Shown here: positions 9,202 to 17,532 of the stretch, piece by piece
Position numbering within the stretch: position 1 is the stretch's first letter
Layout of the letters: each line of letters starts with the position of its first letter
IMG/VR virus record: IMGVR_UViG_3300038312_000145
Location: 1 to 58,513 of that record
Reading direction: 5' to 3' (one strand)
Length of the DNA: 58,513 nucleotides
DNA from: a virus
Lineage: Duplodnaviria; Caudoviricetes
Made by a program: the position numbers and the translations under genes
Notes under the pieces: generated by a model
What the model was told of the DNA's origin: nothing
Database searches by the model: none
Seen by the model: only the letters and a program-made list of their open reading frames with translations

Positions 9202-10218
9202 ATGGATAATGTAGCACAATTTAATAATCAAACTTTCTCTGTAGGTTCAGCAGGAATAGGGAGGATGCCTACAAAGGATGCTATCGCAGGCTCAGGACTT
9301 GCTTTCCTAGAAGGTGAATTAGAAAAAAGGGATCCAAGACTTTTAGAACCACTAGTTAGTGTAACATGGATGAGAGATATAGTTGCAAAGACAGGCGGTG
9401 GATGGGTAGAATATTCATCTAATACGTTTGTTGATTATGCTGGTGCTGGTGGAAATGCTAGAGGAGTAATAAGAGGGCAAACTAATAACATACCAGTAAT
9501 TCAAGCAAATGTAACAAAAGATATTTTTAAAGTTTATGAATGGAGTAATATTCTTAAAGTACCTTTTGTAGATCAAGCTAAATTACAGAATATAGGTAGA
9601 AGCCTAGACGAAATGCTGGACAAAGGTATTAGACTTAATTATAACAAGTCTATAGACTATATAGTTTATACTGGATTACCAGATGAAAATGTATATGGGC
9701 TTTTAAATAATCCTAATGTAGCAGCTTCATTAGTTGATGCAGGTGCCAGCACTAAAACTACATGGAAGGATAAAACACCAGATGAAATACTTAACGATGT
9801 AAACCAAGTTATAAATGATACTTGGGTAACATCTGAATATGATTTATCTGGTATGGCTAATCATATATTGATACCACCAGAACAGTACACTTATATTGTT
9901 AGCACTAAAGTTTCTGCTGCTGGTAATATGTCAATCTTAGAATTCTTGTTACAAAATAATTTAGCAAGAAATCAAGGTAGAGATTTATCTATAATGCCTT
10001 CAAGATGGTGTATAGGTGCCGGAACAGGTGGAAAAGATAGAATGTTTGCATATGTTAATGATGAAGATAGAGTTAACTTTGATTTACCAGTTCCATTAAG
10101 CAGAATAATGACTAATCCAGATGTTACACAGTTGTCTTATTTGACGGCATACGCTGCACTCGTAGGACAGGTCAAATTTCTCTACTATCAGTGCTGTCGC
10201 TATAAGGACGGCATATAA
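9202..10218 (+). CDS. Major capsid protein (DUF2184 type)
   Basis: 338 aa; YGLLNNP, TWKDKTPDEIL, Y.DGI C-terminus. Confidence 0.85.
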   Translation: MDNVAQFNNQTFSVGSAGIGRMPTKDAIAGSGLAFLEGELEKRDPRLLEPLVSVTWMRDIVAKTGGGWVEYSSNTFVDYAGAGGNARGVIRGQTNNIPVIQANVTKDIFKVYEWSNILKVPFVDQAKLQNIGRSLDEMLDKGIRLNYNKSIDYIVYTGLPDENVYGLLNNPNVAASLVDAGASTKTTWKDKTPDEILNDVNQVINDTWVTSEYDLSGMANHILIPPEQYTYIVSTKVSAAGNMSILEFLLQNNLARNQGRDLSIMPSRWCIGAGTGGKDRMFAYVNDEDRVNFDLPVPLSRIMTNPDVTQLSYLTAYAALVGQVKFLYYQCCRYKDGI

Positions 10219-10233
10219 AATTAAAGGTTATTA

Positions 10234-10262
10234 TTGCGTATCATGCTTAGATGGAGTATAAT
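10234..10262 (+). promoter_or_regulatory. Sigma-A-type promoter for HNH gene
   Basis: TTGCGT-17-TATAAT. Confidence 0.55.
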
Positions 10263-11090
10263 ATTTATATAGATATTATACTAAGAAGGTGCGCAATAAT
10301 GAAAAGAGAAGATTTGACAGGAAGAAGATTTGGGAAACTTGTAGCTCAAAAATATGTAGGAAAAAGAAAGTGGTTGTGTAAATGCGATTGTGGAAATGAG
10401 ACGGTGGCATTGAATTATAACCTTAAATCCGGCTCAACAACTAGTTGCGGATGTGTTTTAGCTTCTAAAAAGAAAGAACTAACAGGGAAAAGGTTTGGAA
10501 GACTTGTAGCAATTAAGTTTATAAAATCCTCAAAAACAACTAGAGCAAAATGGTTATGCAAATGCGATTGTGGAAATATTTGTAAAGTACAAACATCAAT
10601 GTTAATTAATGGCACAACTGTAAGTTGTGGATGCTATAACAGTGAAATGACTGCAAATAGGAACAGAAGCCATGGCAAAACACATACTCCAGAATATGGC
10701 TCATGGAATAGTATGATTGAAAGATGCAACAATTCTAAATCAACATATTATAGATATTACGGTGGCAGAGGAATAAAGATATGTGAAAGATGGCTTGATT
10801 ACAATAATTTCTATGAAGATATGCATAGTACTTATAAGAAAGGCTTAACTATAGACAGAATAGATTCTAATGGAAATTATGAACCATCTAATTGCAGATG
10901 GGCTACTATGAGAGAACAAGTTCTTAATCGACGTTGCACTAGAAGATTTACTTATAAAGGAGAAACCCATATATTAAAAGAATGGTCAGAGATTACAGGC
11001 ATAAAGCAAAGTACACTTTATGCTAGAATAAATAGTTATGGATGGCCTTTTGAAAAGGCAATAACAACCAAAATAGGGAAGAAGGTTTAA
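10251..11090 (+). CDS. HNH-type homing endonuclease with tandem Zn-ribbon repeats
   Basis: Two DLTG.RFG.L...WLCKCDCGN...SCGC repeats; YGGRGIKIC and TIDRIDSNGNYEPSNCRWAT. The start is probably the later ATG (MKREDL). Confidence 0.85.
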   Translation: MEYNIYIDIILRRCAIMKREDLTGRRFGKLVAQKYVGKRKWLCKCDCGNETVALNYNLKSGSTTSCGCVLASKKKELTGKRFGRLVAIKFIKSSKTTRAKWLCKCDCGNICKVQTSMLINGTTVSCGCYNSEMTANRNRSHGKTHTPEYGSWNSMIERCNNSKSTYYRYYGGRGIKICERWLDYNNFYEDMHSTYKKGLTIDRIDSNGNYEPSNCRWATMREQVLNRRCTRRFTYKGETHILKEWSEITGIKQSTLYARINSYGWPFEKAITTKIGKKV

Positions 11091-11091
11091 T

Positions 11092-11409
11092 ATGATTACA
11101 GTATTTTCAAAGCAAGTATTTGAATTTAAAAGAGAAGATGAAAAATTCTTTACAAAATTAGATGAATTTGCACAGCTACCGGATTGGGTAACAGAAACAC
11201 CTACCTATAAAGCAGGACTCCAAGCTGGCTTAATAATAGAATCAACTACAAAAGTAACACCAGCAAAAATAATTAATTCACCTAAAGTTGAACAGCCCAA
11301 AGAATACCAGACTAAAGTTGGACAGCCAAAAGAAGAAAAAGACAATAAAACTGAACAGCCAAAAGAAGATGGAAAAGATAAAAAATCATCTACTAGTAAT
11401 AAAAAGTAG
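11092..11409 (+). CDS. Head-associated hypothetical protein
   Basis: Synteny after MCP; low-complexity basic tail. Confidence 0.55.
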   Translation: MITVFSKQVFEFKREDEKFFTKLDEFAQLPDWVTETPTYKAGLQAGLIIESTTKVTPAKIINSPKVEQPKEYQTKVGQPKEEKDNKTEQPKEDGKDKKSSTSNKK

Positions 11410-11419
11410 GTGATTTTTT

Positions 11420-11890
11420 ATGTCTACATTAATAGGAGATGCTTCCAATTTAAGCCTTGGAAGCAACCCTCCTTATATATTAAGTGATTTTTATACTATG
11501 TATCCTCAATTTAATAAAGACACAAATGGAAAACAAACTGTGCCAGAAGTAGTTATCCAGATGTATATAAATTTAGCCACAACTTGTATTAAGCAGGATA
11601 AGTGGTTTGAAGCGTGGGAGATAGCTATGGGATGGTTTATTGCTCATTTTTGCACTTTATATGCTCAAAGTATAGCAGACCCCGGAAGTACAGCGGCAAC
11701 AATATTACAAGCAGGGCAGACAAGAGGACTTGATACATCAATAAGTGCCGGAGGAGTTTCGGCTAGTACAGATTACAATATCATAGCCCAAGACTTAGAC
11801 GGATGGGCGAATTGGAAAAGCACTATTTACGGTACTCAATTAGCAAGTATGGCAAAACTTATTGGAATGGGTAATTCCTATATTTACTAA
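11420..11890 (+). CDS. Head-tail adaptor (DUF4054 type)
   Basis: F...YPQF, FIAHF, WKST.YG motifs. Confidence 0.75.
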   Translation: MSTLIGDASNLSLGSNPPYILSDFYTMYPQFNKDTNGKQTVPEVVIQMYINLATTCIKQDKWFEAWEIAMGWFIAHFCTLYAQSIADPGSTAATILQAGQTRGLDTSISAGGVSASTDYNIIAQDLDGWANWKSTIYGTQLASMAKLIGMGNSYIY

Positions 11891-12437
11891 ATATCAAATA
11901 TGTTTTAAGGATGGTTCTATGCAAGAAATTTGGAAAGATATTAAAGGATATGAAGGGCTATATCAAGTATCTAACTTAGGAAGAATTAAAAGCAACACCA
12001 GATACGGGACTAAGGGAGGCGTTTTGAAATTACGATTAGACAAAGATGGGTATTTTCAAACAGCATTATATAAAAATAATAAAGTTAAATATTACAGAAC
12101 GCATAGATTAGTAGCAGAAGCATTTATACCTAATCCTAACAATTATCCGATTATAAATCATAAGGATGAAAATCGTTCAAATAATTTAACTAATAATCTT
12201 GAGTGGTGCACTTATAAGTATAATAGTAATTATGGTAATGTAAATGTAAAAATAGCCAATTCCAAATATAAGCCAGTTTATCAATATAGTTTAGACGATA
12301 GGTTTATTCATTACTATTCATCACTTAAAGAAATGGAGAAAATTACAGGATTTGGGTATTCTAATATCTCCAGCTGTTGCAATGGGAGATTATTTAAATC
12401 ACATGGATACAAATGGAGCTATACACCGTTAATATAA
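11862..12437 (+). CDS. NUMOD4-HNH-NUMOD1 homing endonuclease
   Basis: [39 protein letters not shown]...NLEW. Probable start at 11919. Confidence 0.9.
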   Translation: MEWVIPIFTKYQICFKDGSMQEIWKDIKGYEGLYQVSNLGRIKSNTRYGTKGGVLKLRLDKDGYFQTALYKNNKVKYYRTHRLVAEAFIPNPNNYPIINHKDENRSNNLTNNLEWCTYKYNSNYGNVNVKIANSKYKPVYQYSLDDRFIHYYSSLKEMEKITGFGYSNISSCCNGRLFKSHGYKWSYTPLI

Positions 12438-12469
12438 TATTAAACTACGTTTATTAAGAAGGTGATTAT

Positions 12470-13063
12470 ATGTTTGATAAATTAATAGATGTCCAAGTTA
12501 CCAAAGATATTACAGAAGATTTAAAGAATTCTTTAAAAGAATTAAAAAATAAAATGGTTTGCATAGGAGTACCACAGGAAGATGATGCGGCTCGTAGCTC
12601 AAATCAAAAAGAACATATTACCAATGCACAGCTTTTATACATCCATACCAACGGTGTTAGAGACAACACTATGATTAAAGAAATGCAACATGATATTAAT
12701 TCTGGCAAGCCTTATTCGAGAGCATATGAATTTTACGTGCAAGAACATGGTTCGCCTTTATTTAAAGTACCGCCTAGACCAGTTTTAGCCCCAGCAATAG
12801 AAAATTCTAAGGATAAGATAGCAGAACAAATGAAGCAAGCTTTTCAATCTGTATTAGAAGGTGGAAATATAACCACTGAATTAGGCAAAGTAGGGATGTT
12901 AGGACAAAATATCTGTAGAGAATGGTTTACGGACCCAAGTAATAAATGGGCTGCTAATAGTCCTTTAACTATAAAGAAAAAAGGCAGTGATAAGCCCCTG
13001 ATAGATACAGGAGCACTAAGACGTTCTATAACATGGGTTTTAAGGGATGATTCAAATGATTAA
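12470..13063 (+). CDS. Neck/tail completion protein
   Basis: VPPRPVL and TIKKKGSDKPLIDTG.LRRSI motifs. Confidence 0.75.
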   Translation: MFDKLIDVQVTKDITEDLKNSLKELKNKMVCIGVPQEDDAARSSNQKEHITNAQLLYIHTNGVRDNTMIKEMQHDINSGKPYSRAYEFYVQEHGSPLFKVPPRPVLAPAIENSKDKIAEQMKQAFQSVLEGGNITTELGKVGMLGQNICREWFTDPSNKWAANSPLTIKKKGSDKPLIDTGALRRSITWVLRDDSND

Positions 13064-13478
13064 TTTAAGTAGAGTAATAACAGACCCACGAATAGCACAA
13101 CCCAAACCATTTACAGTATGGAGAAAATCTGGTTCATGGCAAGGTGGCAGATGGGTTCAAACTGAAGATTCAGTACCCACACAAGGAATTATTACCCCTG
13201 CCACAGCTAAAGATATTACACAGGTTCCTGAAGGAGATAGAACAGGCGGGGAATTAACAATATTATCATTATCACCTATCTATGTAACACATTCATCGAG
13301 TGAAAAAACAATATTATCATTATCACCTATCTATGTAACACATTCATCGAGTGAAAACTTTCAAGGAACTTCAGATGAAGTCGAGTGGAATGGTGAAAGA
13401 TATAGGGTGTTTAACGTGTTTCCTTGGAATGAATTTGGATTTTATCATGCAATTGGAATAAGGATGATAAGTAAATAG
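13047..13478 (+). CDS. Head-tail joining protein with a 17-aa internal duplication
   Basis: Synteny; D.VEWNGERYRV motif. Confidence 0.7.
   Translation: MIQMINLSRVITDPRIAQPKPFTVWRKSGSWQGGRWVQTEDSVPTQGIITPATAKDITQVPEGDRTGGELTILSLSPIYVTHSSSEKTILSLSPIYVTHSSSENFQGTSDEVEWNGERYRVFNVFPWNEFGFYHAIGIRMISK
13256..13357 (+). repeat. Perfect 51-bp tandem duplication
   Basis: 13256..13306 is identical to 13307..13357. Confidence 0.95.
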
Positions 13479-13484
13479 AATACA

Positions 13485-13646
13485 CTATTTTTTACCATAT
13501 TCATGCAAGACTAATTTTATTGCTTTATCCAATAATTTTGATATTGGAATCATAGTTTCTTTAGATAATTCCATTAATTTATTATAAAGTTCCGTGTCTA
13601 TTGCATTAGATATTCTAGTTCTATTTTTTAATCCATATTTATTCAT
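13485..13646 (-). CDS. Ribbon-helix-helix protein, 53 aa (not in ORF track)
   Basis: MNKYGLKNRTRISNAIDTELYNKLMELSKETMIPISKLLDKAIKLVLHEYGKK; GAGGTG RBS; homologous to 55879..56031. Confidence 0.8.
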   Translation of the reverse strand: MNKYGLKNRTRISNAIDTELYNKLMELSKETMIPISKLLDKAIKLVLHEYGKK

Positions 13647-13687
13647 AATATCACCTCGGAAATATTATAGCATTTTACATCATATAA

Positions 13688-13716
13688 TTGCAACTACCAT
13701 CAATTGATGGTATAAT
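13688..13716 (+). promoter_or_regulatory. Promoter with palindromic operator
   Basis: TTGCAA-17-TATAAT with extended -10; perfect 18-bp palindrome TACCATCAATTGATGGTA (13695..13712). Confidence 0.75.
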
Positions 13717-13735
13717 ATAGTTAAGGGGTGATTTT

Positions 13736-14260
13736 GTGCAAGAAATTTGGAAAGATATTAAAGGGTATGAAGGAATATACCAAATTAGTAATCTAGGAAG
13801 GGTTAAATCATTACCTAGATGGGTGCGAAATCGAAGTGGCAAATATATCACTAAAGAAAAAATCCTAGCACCTATAAAGACGCGCAAAGGATATTTAAAT
13901 GTACATCTTCAAAGCAAAGGATATTCAGTCCATAGATTAGTTGCTAAAGCTTTTATACCTAATCCTTTGAATTTGCCACAAGTAAATCACAAAGATGAAA
14001 ATAAAGAAAACAATTCAGTTAATAATCTTGAATGGTGCACTAATAAATATAATGCAAGTTATGGAACCAGACCTGAAAGAATATCTAAAAAATCTAGTAA
14101 AAAAGTAAATCAGTATTCTTTAGAAAATACATTTATAAAAGATTATTCTTCTGAAATAGAAGCAGCTAAAATAAATAATTGCGATGGTTCACACATTGCA
14201 GCTTGTTGTAGAGGTAAGAGGAAAACATGTAAGGGGTATATATGGAAATATGGTTATTAA
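13736..14260 (+). CDS. NUMOD4-HNH-NUMOD1 homing endonuclease
   Basis: Same motifs as 3211 and 11862. Confidence 0.9.
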   Translation: MQEIWKDIKGYEGIYQISNLGRVKSLPRWVRNRSGKYITKEKILAPIKTRKGYLNVHLQSKGYSVHRLVAKAFIPNPLNLPQVNHKDENKENNSVNNLEWCTNKYNASYGTRPERISKKSSKKVNQYSLENTFIKDYSSEIEAAKINNCDGSHIAACCRGKRKTCKGYIWKYGY

Positions 14261-14284
14261 TAAATTCTATTAGGAGGGAGACAT

Positions 14285-14833
14285 GTGGAAGATACTGTTT
14301 TAACGCTTCACCAAATAGAAGACATTTTTTTTAATGAGACATGTAAAATGCTAAATTTGGATCCTACCTTGCCAGAAAACCAGGGGAAAGTTAGATTAGT
14401 TTGGAATAGTGATGGTCAACCAGGATGGAGTGTAGATGAAGACATTGTATTTTTAAGGATAACACCACAGGATGATAAAATTGCAAGGCCACAAGACATT
14501 TTATATAATACAAATGCTTCTGACTATGCATTAAAAGAAGTAGGATATACTAGAGTACACAAAGTAGACTGGACATTATATGGCCCAAATTCATATGACA
14601 ATGCGGATTTAATAAGATATAAAGTTTTAAGCAAAGATTACTTAGAAGATTTTAGGAAAAGTAATCTTTTTTTAATTACAGATGTAACAATGCCTGTAAG
14701 ATTACCAGAACTGTTTAATGGCCAATGGTGGGAAAGAACAGACTTCTCAGCTTCTTATAATGAATTAGTAGTTAGAAGAAGCCAGTTACCTTACATTTTA
14801 GGTACAGATATAAGATTAATAACAAGCAGATAG
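14285..14833 (+). CDS. Neck/tail terminator protein
   Basis: Synteny directly before the sheath. Confidence 0.65.
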   Translation: MEDTVLTLHQIEDIFFNETCKMLNLDPTLPENQGKVRLVWNSDGQPGWSVDEDIVFLRITPQDDKIARPQDILYNTNASDYALKEVGYTRVHKVDWTLYGPNSYDNADLIRYKVLSKDYLEDFRKSNLFLITDVTMPVRLPELFNGQWWERTDFSASYNELVVRRSQLPYILGTDIRLITSR

Positions 14834-14882
14834 AGAGATTAAGTCTCTCTTTTTTTATTGGAAAAAGAAGGAGGTTAAATAT

Positions 14883-16370
14883 ATGACGACTTTACCTTTA
14901 AGCGATATAGTTGACGTTTCTGTAAATGTTGGTCCGGTTGCACAAGTTAGGACTAACTTTAACTTAGGACTTATAGTTGGACAATCAACTATTATTTCAG
15001 CAAGTGACAGGGTTAAAACTTATTCAAAGTTAGGGGATATGACAGCAGACGGATGGACAGGGAATGAACCAGAATATTTAGCAGCACAATTATATTTTTC
15101 TCAAACTCCTCAACCTGGACATATAGCAGTAGGAAGATGGGTTAATACTGGAGAAACACCAGAAACAGCAGTTGCAGCGGTTACAGCATGTAGAAATACT
15201 AATGCCGAATGGTATGCTTGTACGGTTTGCGGAGCTGCTAAGGCAGATATACAGGCAGTTAGTGCTTATATAGAAGCAGCAAGCCCAGCGTGTGTTTATT
15301 TTTATACAACACATGATGATGATGTAGCAAGTGGCACAAGTGGAAATATTATGGATTTATTGTCTAAAAATAAAGTCCACAGAACTTTAGGACAATTTTC
15401 TACTGACAGCACAAAAACAGTAGGATATGAAGTAGGCGGGGCAAGTGCGGCAACAGATATTCATAGTGGAACAGCGAATAAATTTAAAATAGCTGTAGAT
15501 GGAGACACAACTTCACATGAAATAGTTTTGACTTTAGCTAATTGTACAAGTGGAGATACTACAGCAGCAGAAATGCAAAAACAAATTCAAGCAATTTCAG
15601 ACACAAGATATTCCAGTGTAACTGTAATTTATTCAGTAGATCATTATGTTATTACTAGTGCTAATGCTGGAGAAGGCAGTCAAATAAGAATAACAGCAGG
15701 AGATACCAACGATATATCAGCAGGATTAAAAATAGGTGCTGCAAATGGTGCAACAGATATTGACGGTACATCAACATATAAAGAAGCAGCAGCAGCAATA
15801 ATGGGATATGCAATGGGAGCTAATACACAAACAGCTAATAGTGCTTATACATTAGATGCAAAAGCAGAAGTTGGAGTTGCAGCTGCAGATATAACCAGTA
15901 CAGAATTAACTAAAATAAAATTTTACAACGGAAATGTATATGTAAATCGTGGCAGTGTCTATAACTTGTTTGAGAATGGTACTATGCATGATGGCACATT
16001 TTTTGACGAAGTATTAAATTTAGATATGCTTTCAAATGATTTACAAGTAGCTGTCATAAATGCGTTTACAACAGAAAGTAAAATACCACAAACCGATGCT
16101 GGAATGGAAATGCTACAAAATGTTTTAACAGCACCACTAGAAAATGCAGTAAAAATAGGATTTATAGCACCCGGTGTATGGAACAGCCAATCGGTATTAA
16201 GTGTTAAAACGGGTGATGTTCTAACCACAGGCTATAAGATATTATTTGATTCTATAACAGACCAAACACAGGCAGATAGAGAAGCTAGAAAAGCACCTCC
16301 AGTTTATGTGCTTGCTAAATTATCTGGTGCTATTCAATATCTTAAAATTGGTTTGTATATAAATAGATAG
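14883..16370 (+). CDS. Tail sheath protein (DUF3383 type)
   Basis: DIVDVSV, EYLAAQLYFSQ.P.P, KIPQTDAG, DREARKAP motifs. Confidence 0.85.
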   Translation: MTTLPLSDIVDVSVNVGPVAQVRTNFNLGLIVGQSTIISASDRVKTYSKLGDMTADGWTGNEPEYLAAQLYFSQTPQPGHIAVGRWVNTGETPETAVAAVTACRNTNAEWYACTVCGAAKADIQAVSAYIEAASPACVYFYTTHDDDVASGTSGNIMDLLSKNKVHRTLGQFSTDSTKTVGYEVGGASAATDIHSGTANKFKIAVDGDTTSHEIVLTLANCTSGDTTAAEMQKQIQAISDTRYSSVTVIYSVDHYVITSANAGEGSQIRITAGDTNDISAGLKIGAANGATDIDGTSTYKEAAAAIMGYAMGANTQTANSAYTLDAKAEVGVAAADITSTELTKIKFYNGNVYVNRGSVYNLFENGTMHDGTFFDEVLNLDMLSNDLQVAVINAFTTESKIPQTDAGMEMLQNVLTAPLENAVKIGFIAPGVWNSQSVLSVKTGDVLTTGYKILFDSITDQTQADREARKAPPVYVLAKLSGAIQYLKIGLYINR

Positions 16371-16381
16371 GAGGGATAGGA

Positions 16382-16825
16382 ATGACTGCTAGTGTTACTA
16401 CTTATAGTTTTCAAGATGTAGTAGCTACATTTTCATGCCCCGGCGTAGGAGTTAAGAGTTCGGATGGCGCAGGGCTTGGAAGTATATCAATTGTTATGAC
16501 ACAGACTAAGACAGTTCAAGAAGCAGCAGCAGACGGTTCTATTATGGTTTCTAAAATTTTAGGCGAAAATGGAACTATAGCTTTACAAATTCAACAAACA
16601 AGCCAGCTACACAAATGGCTATTAGACAACTGGTATAACTATATAAATCAATCCAGCAATACTTCAGACTGGGCTGCTATGACTATTATAATAAAATCAA
16701 ACGCTTTAACAGACTCAACAACATGTATTGGAGTTTCACCACAAAAACTCCCAGATAGGCCTTACCAATCTCAAGGTCAACTAATTACATGGAACTTTTT
16801 GGCAGCTAAAATAACTCAGGAATAG
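16382..16825 (+). CDS. Tail tube protein
   Basis: TYSFQDV, AADGS.M.S motifs; follows the sheath. Confidence 0.75.
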   Translation: MTASVTTYSFQDVVATFSCPGVGVKSSDGAGLGSISIVMTQTKTVQEAAADGSIMVSKILGENGTIALQIQQTSQLHKWLLDNWYNYINQSSNTSDWAAMTIIIKSNALTDSTTCIGVSPQKLPDRPYQSQGQLITWNFLAAKITQE

Positions 16826-16835
16826 GAGAACACTT

Positions 16836-17354
16836 ATGGAACAAATAAATAAGAGAATAGATTATAAGGATATTACAATAGGAACCAGAAAATTTAGGCT
16901 TAATAAATTTGATGCCTTAACTGGTTCCTATATGCTTTTTAAATTAGTAGGAATATTAGCACCTATATTTAAGAACATAGATATTGAAGAAGCTAAAAAC
17001 ACATTAAAAGGTACTAATCAAGATGAAAGTAAAGATGTTAATAAAGAAGATATAAGTGTAAATAACATAGCTGAAATACTAACTGAAATAACTAAACTTC
17101 CTAAAGAGGATTTTGATTATATTCAAAAGAATTGCTTAATGGTAGTAAATGAAATATACCCAAATAATCCTCAACCTTCACCACCTGTTCTTAATGAGTT
17201 TGGAACATTTGGAATATTAGATTATGATATGCCACTAATACTAAATTTGACTATACAGTCATTAATATTTAATGTTAGTGGTTTTTTCGGCGAAAACCTC
17301 TCAGCTTTGAACCTAGAGGGGTTAGCTACTTCCCTGCAGAATTCGCTAACGTAA
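16836..17354 (+). CDS. Tail assembly chaperone (G-like)
   Basis: Between tube and tape measure; slippery T-TTT-TTC at 17282..17288. Confidence 0.75.
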   Translation: MEQINKRIDYKDITIGTRKFRLNKFDALTGSYMLFKLVGILAPIFKNIDIEEAKNTLKGTNQDESKDVNKEDISVNNIAEILTEITKLPKEDFDYIQKNCLMVVNEIYPNNPQPSPPVLNEFGTFGILDYDMPLILNLTIQSLIFNVSGFFGENLSALNLEGLATSLQNSLT

Positions 17355-17527
17355 ATACTTTTGTATATGCTCCGGTAATAGCTGGCATGTGGAAACAACA
17401 TGAGGTTTATGATGGAACTTATAACTTAAACGATCTTTTAGATGCTCATGAAATTTTAGCTGTAAAATCAGAAAATCAAGCACGTGCTGCAGAAGCAATA
17501 GAAAGAGAACAGAAAGGGGGAATTTAG
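17282..17527 (+). CDS. -1 frameshift extension of the tail chaperone (GT-like)
   Basis: The -1 frame opens at the slippery site (TAG at 17276..17278) and reads ...APVIAGMWKQHEVYDGTYNLNDLLDAHEIL... to 17527. Confidence 0.75.
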   Translation, partial: FFRRKPLSFEPRGVSYFPAEFANVNTFVYAPVIAGMWKQHEVYDGTYNLNDLLDAHEILAVKSENQARAAEAIEREQKGGI

Positions 17528-17532
17528 AAAAT

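Noticed and set aside
3211-14260. HNH genes as intron-encoded
   Set aside because: The flanking structural genes look complete with their own stops and starts, and no intron core is recognisable; they are treated as free-standing.
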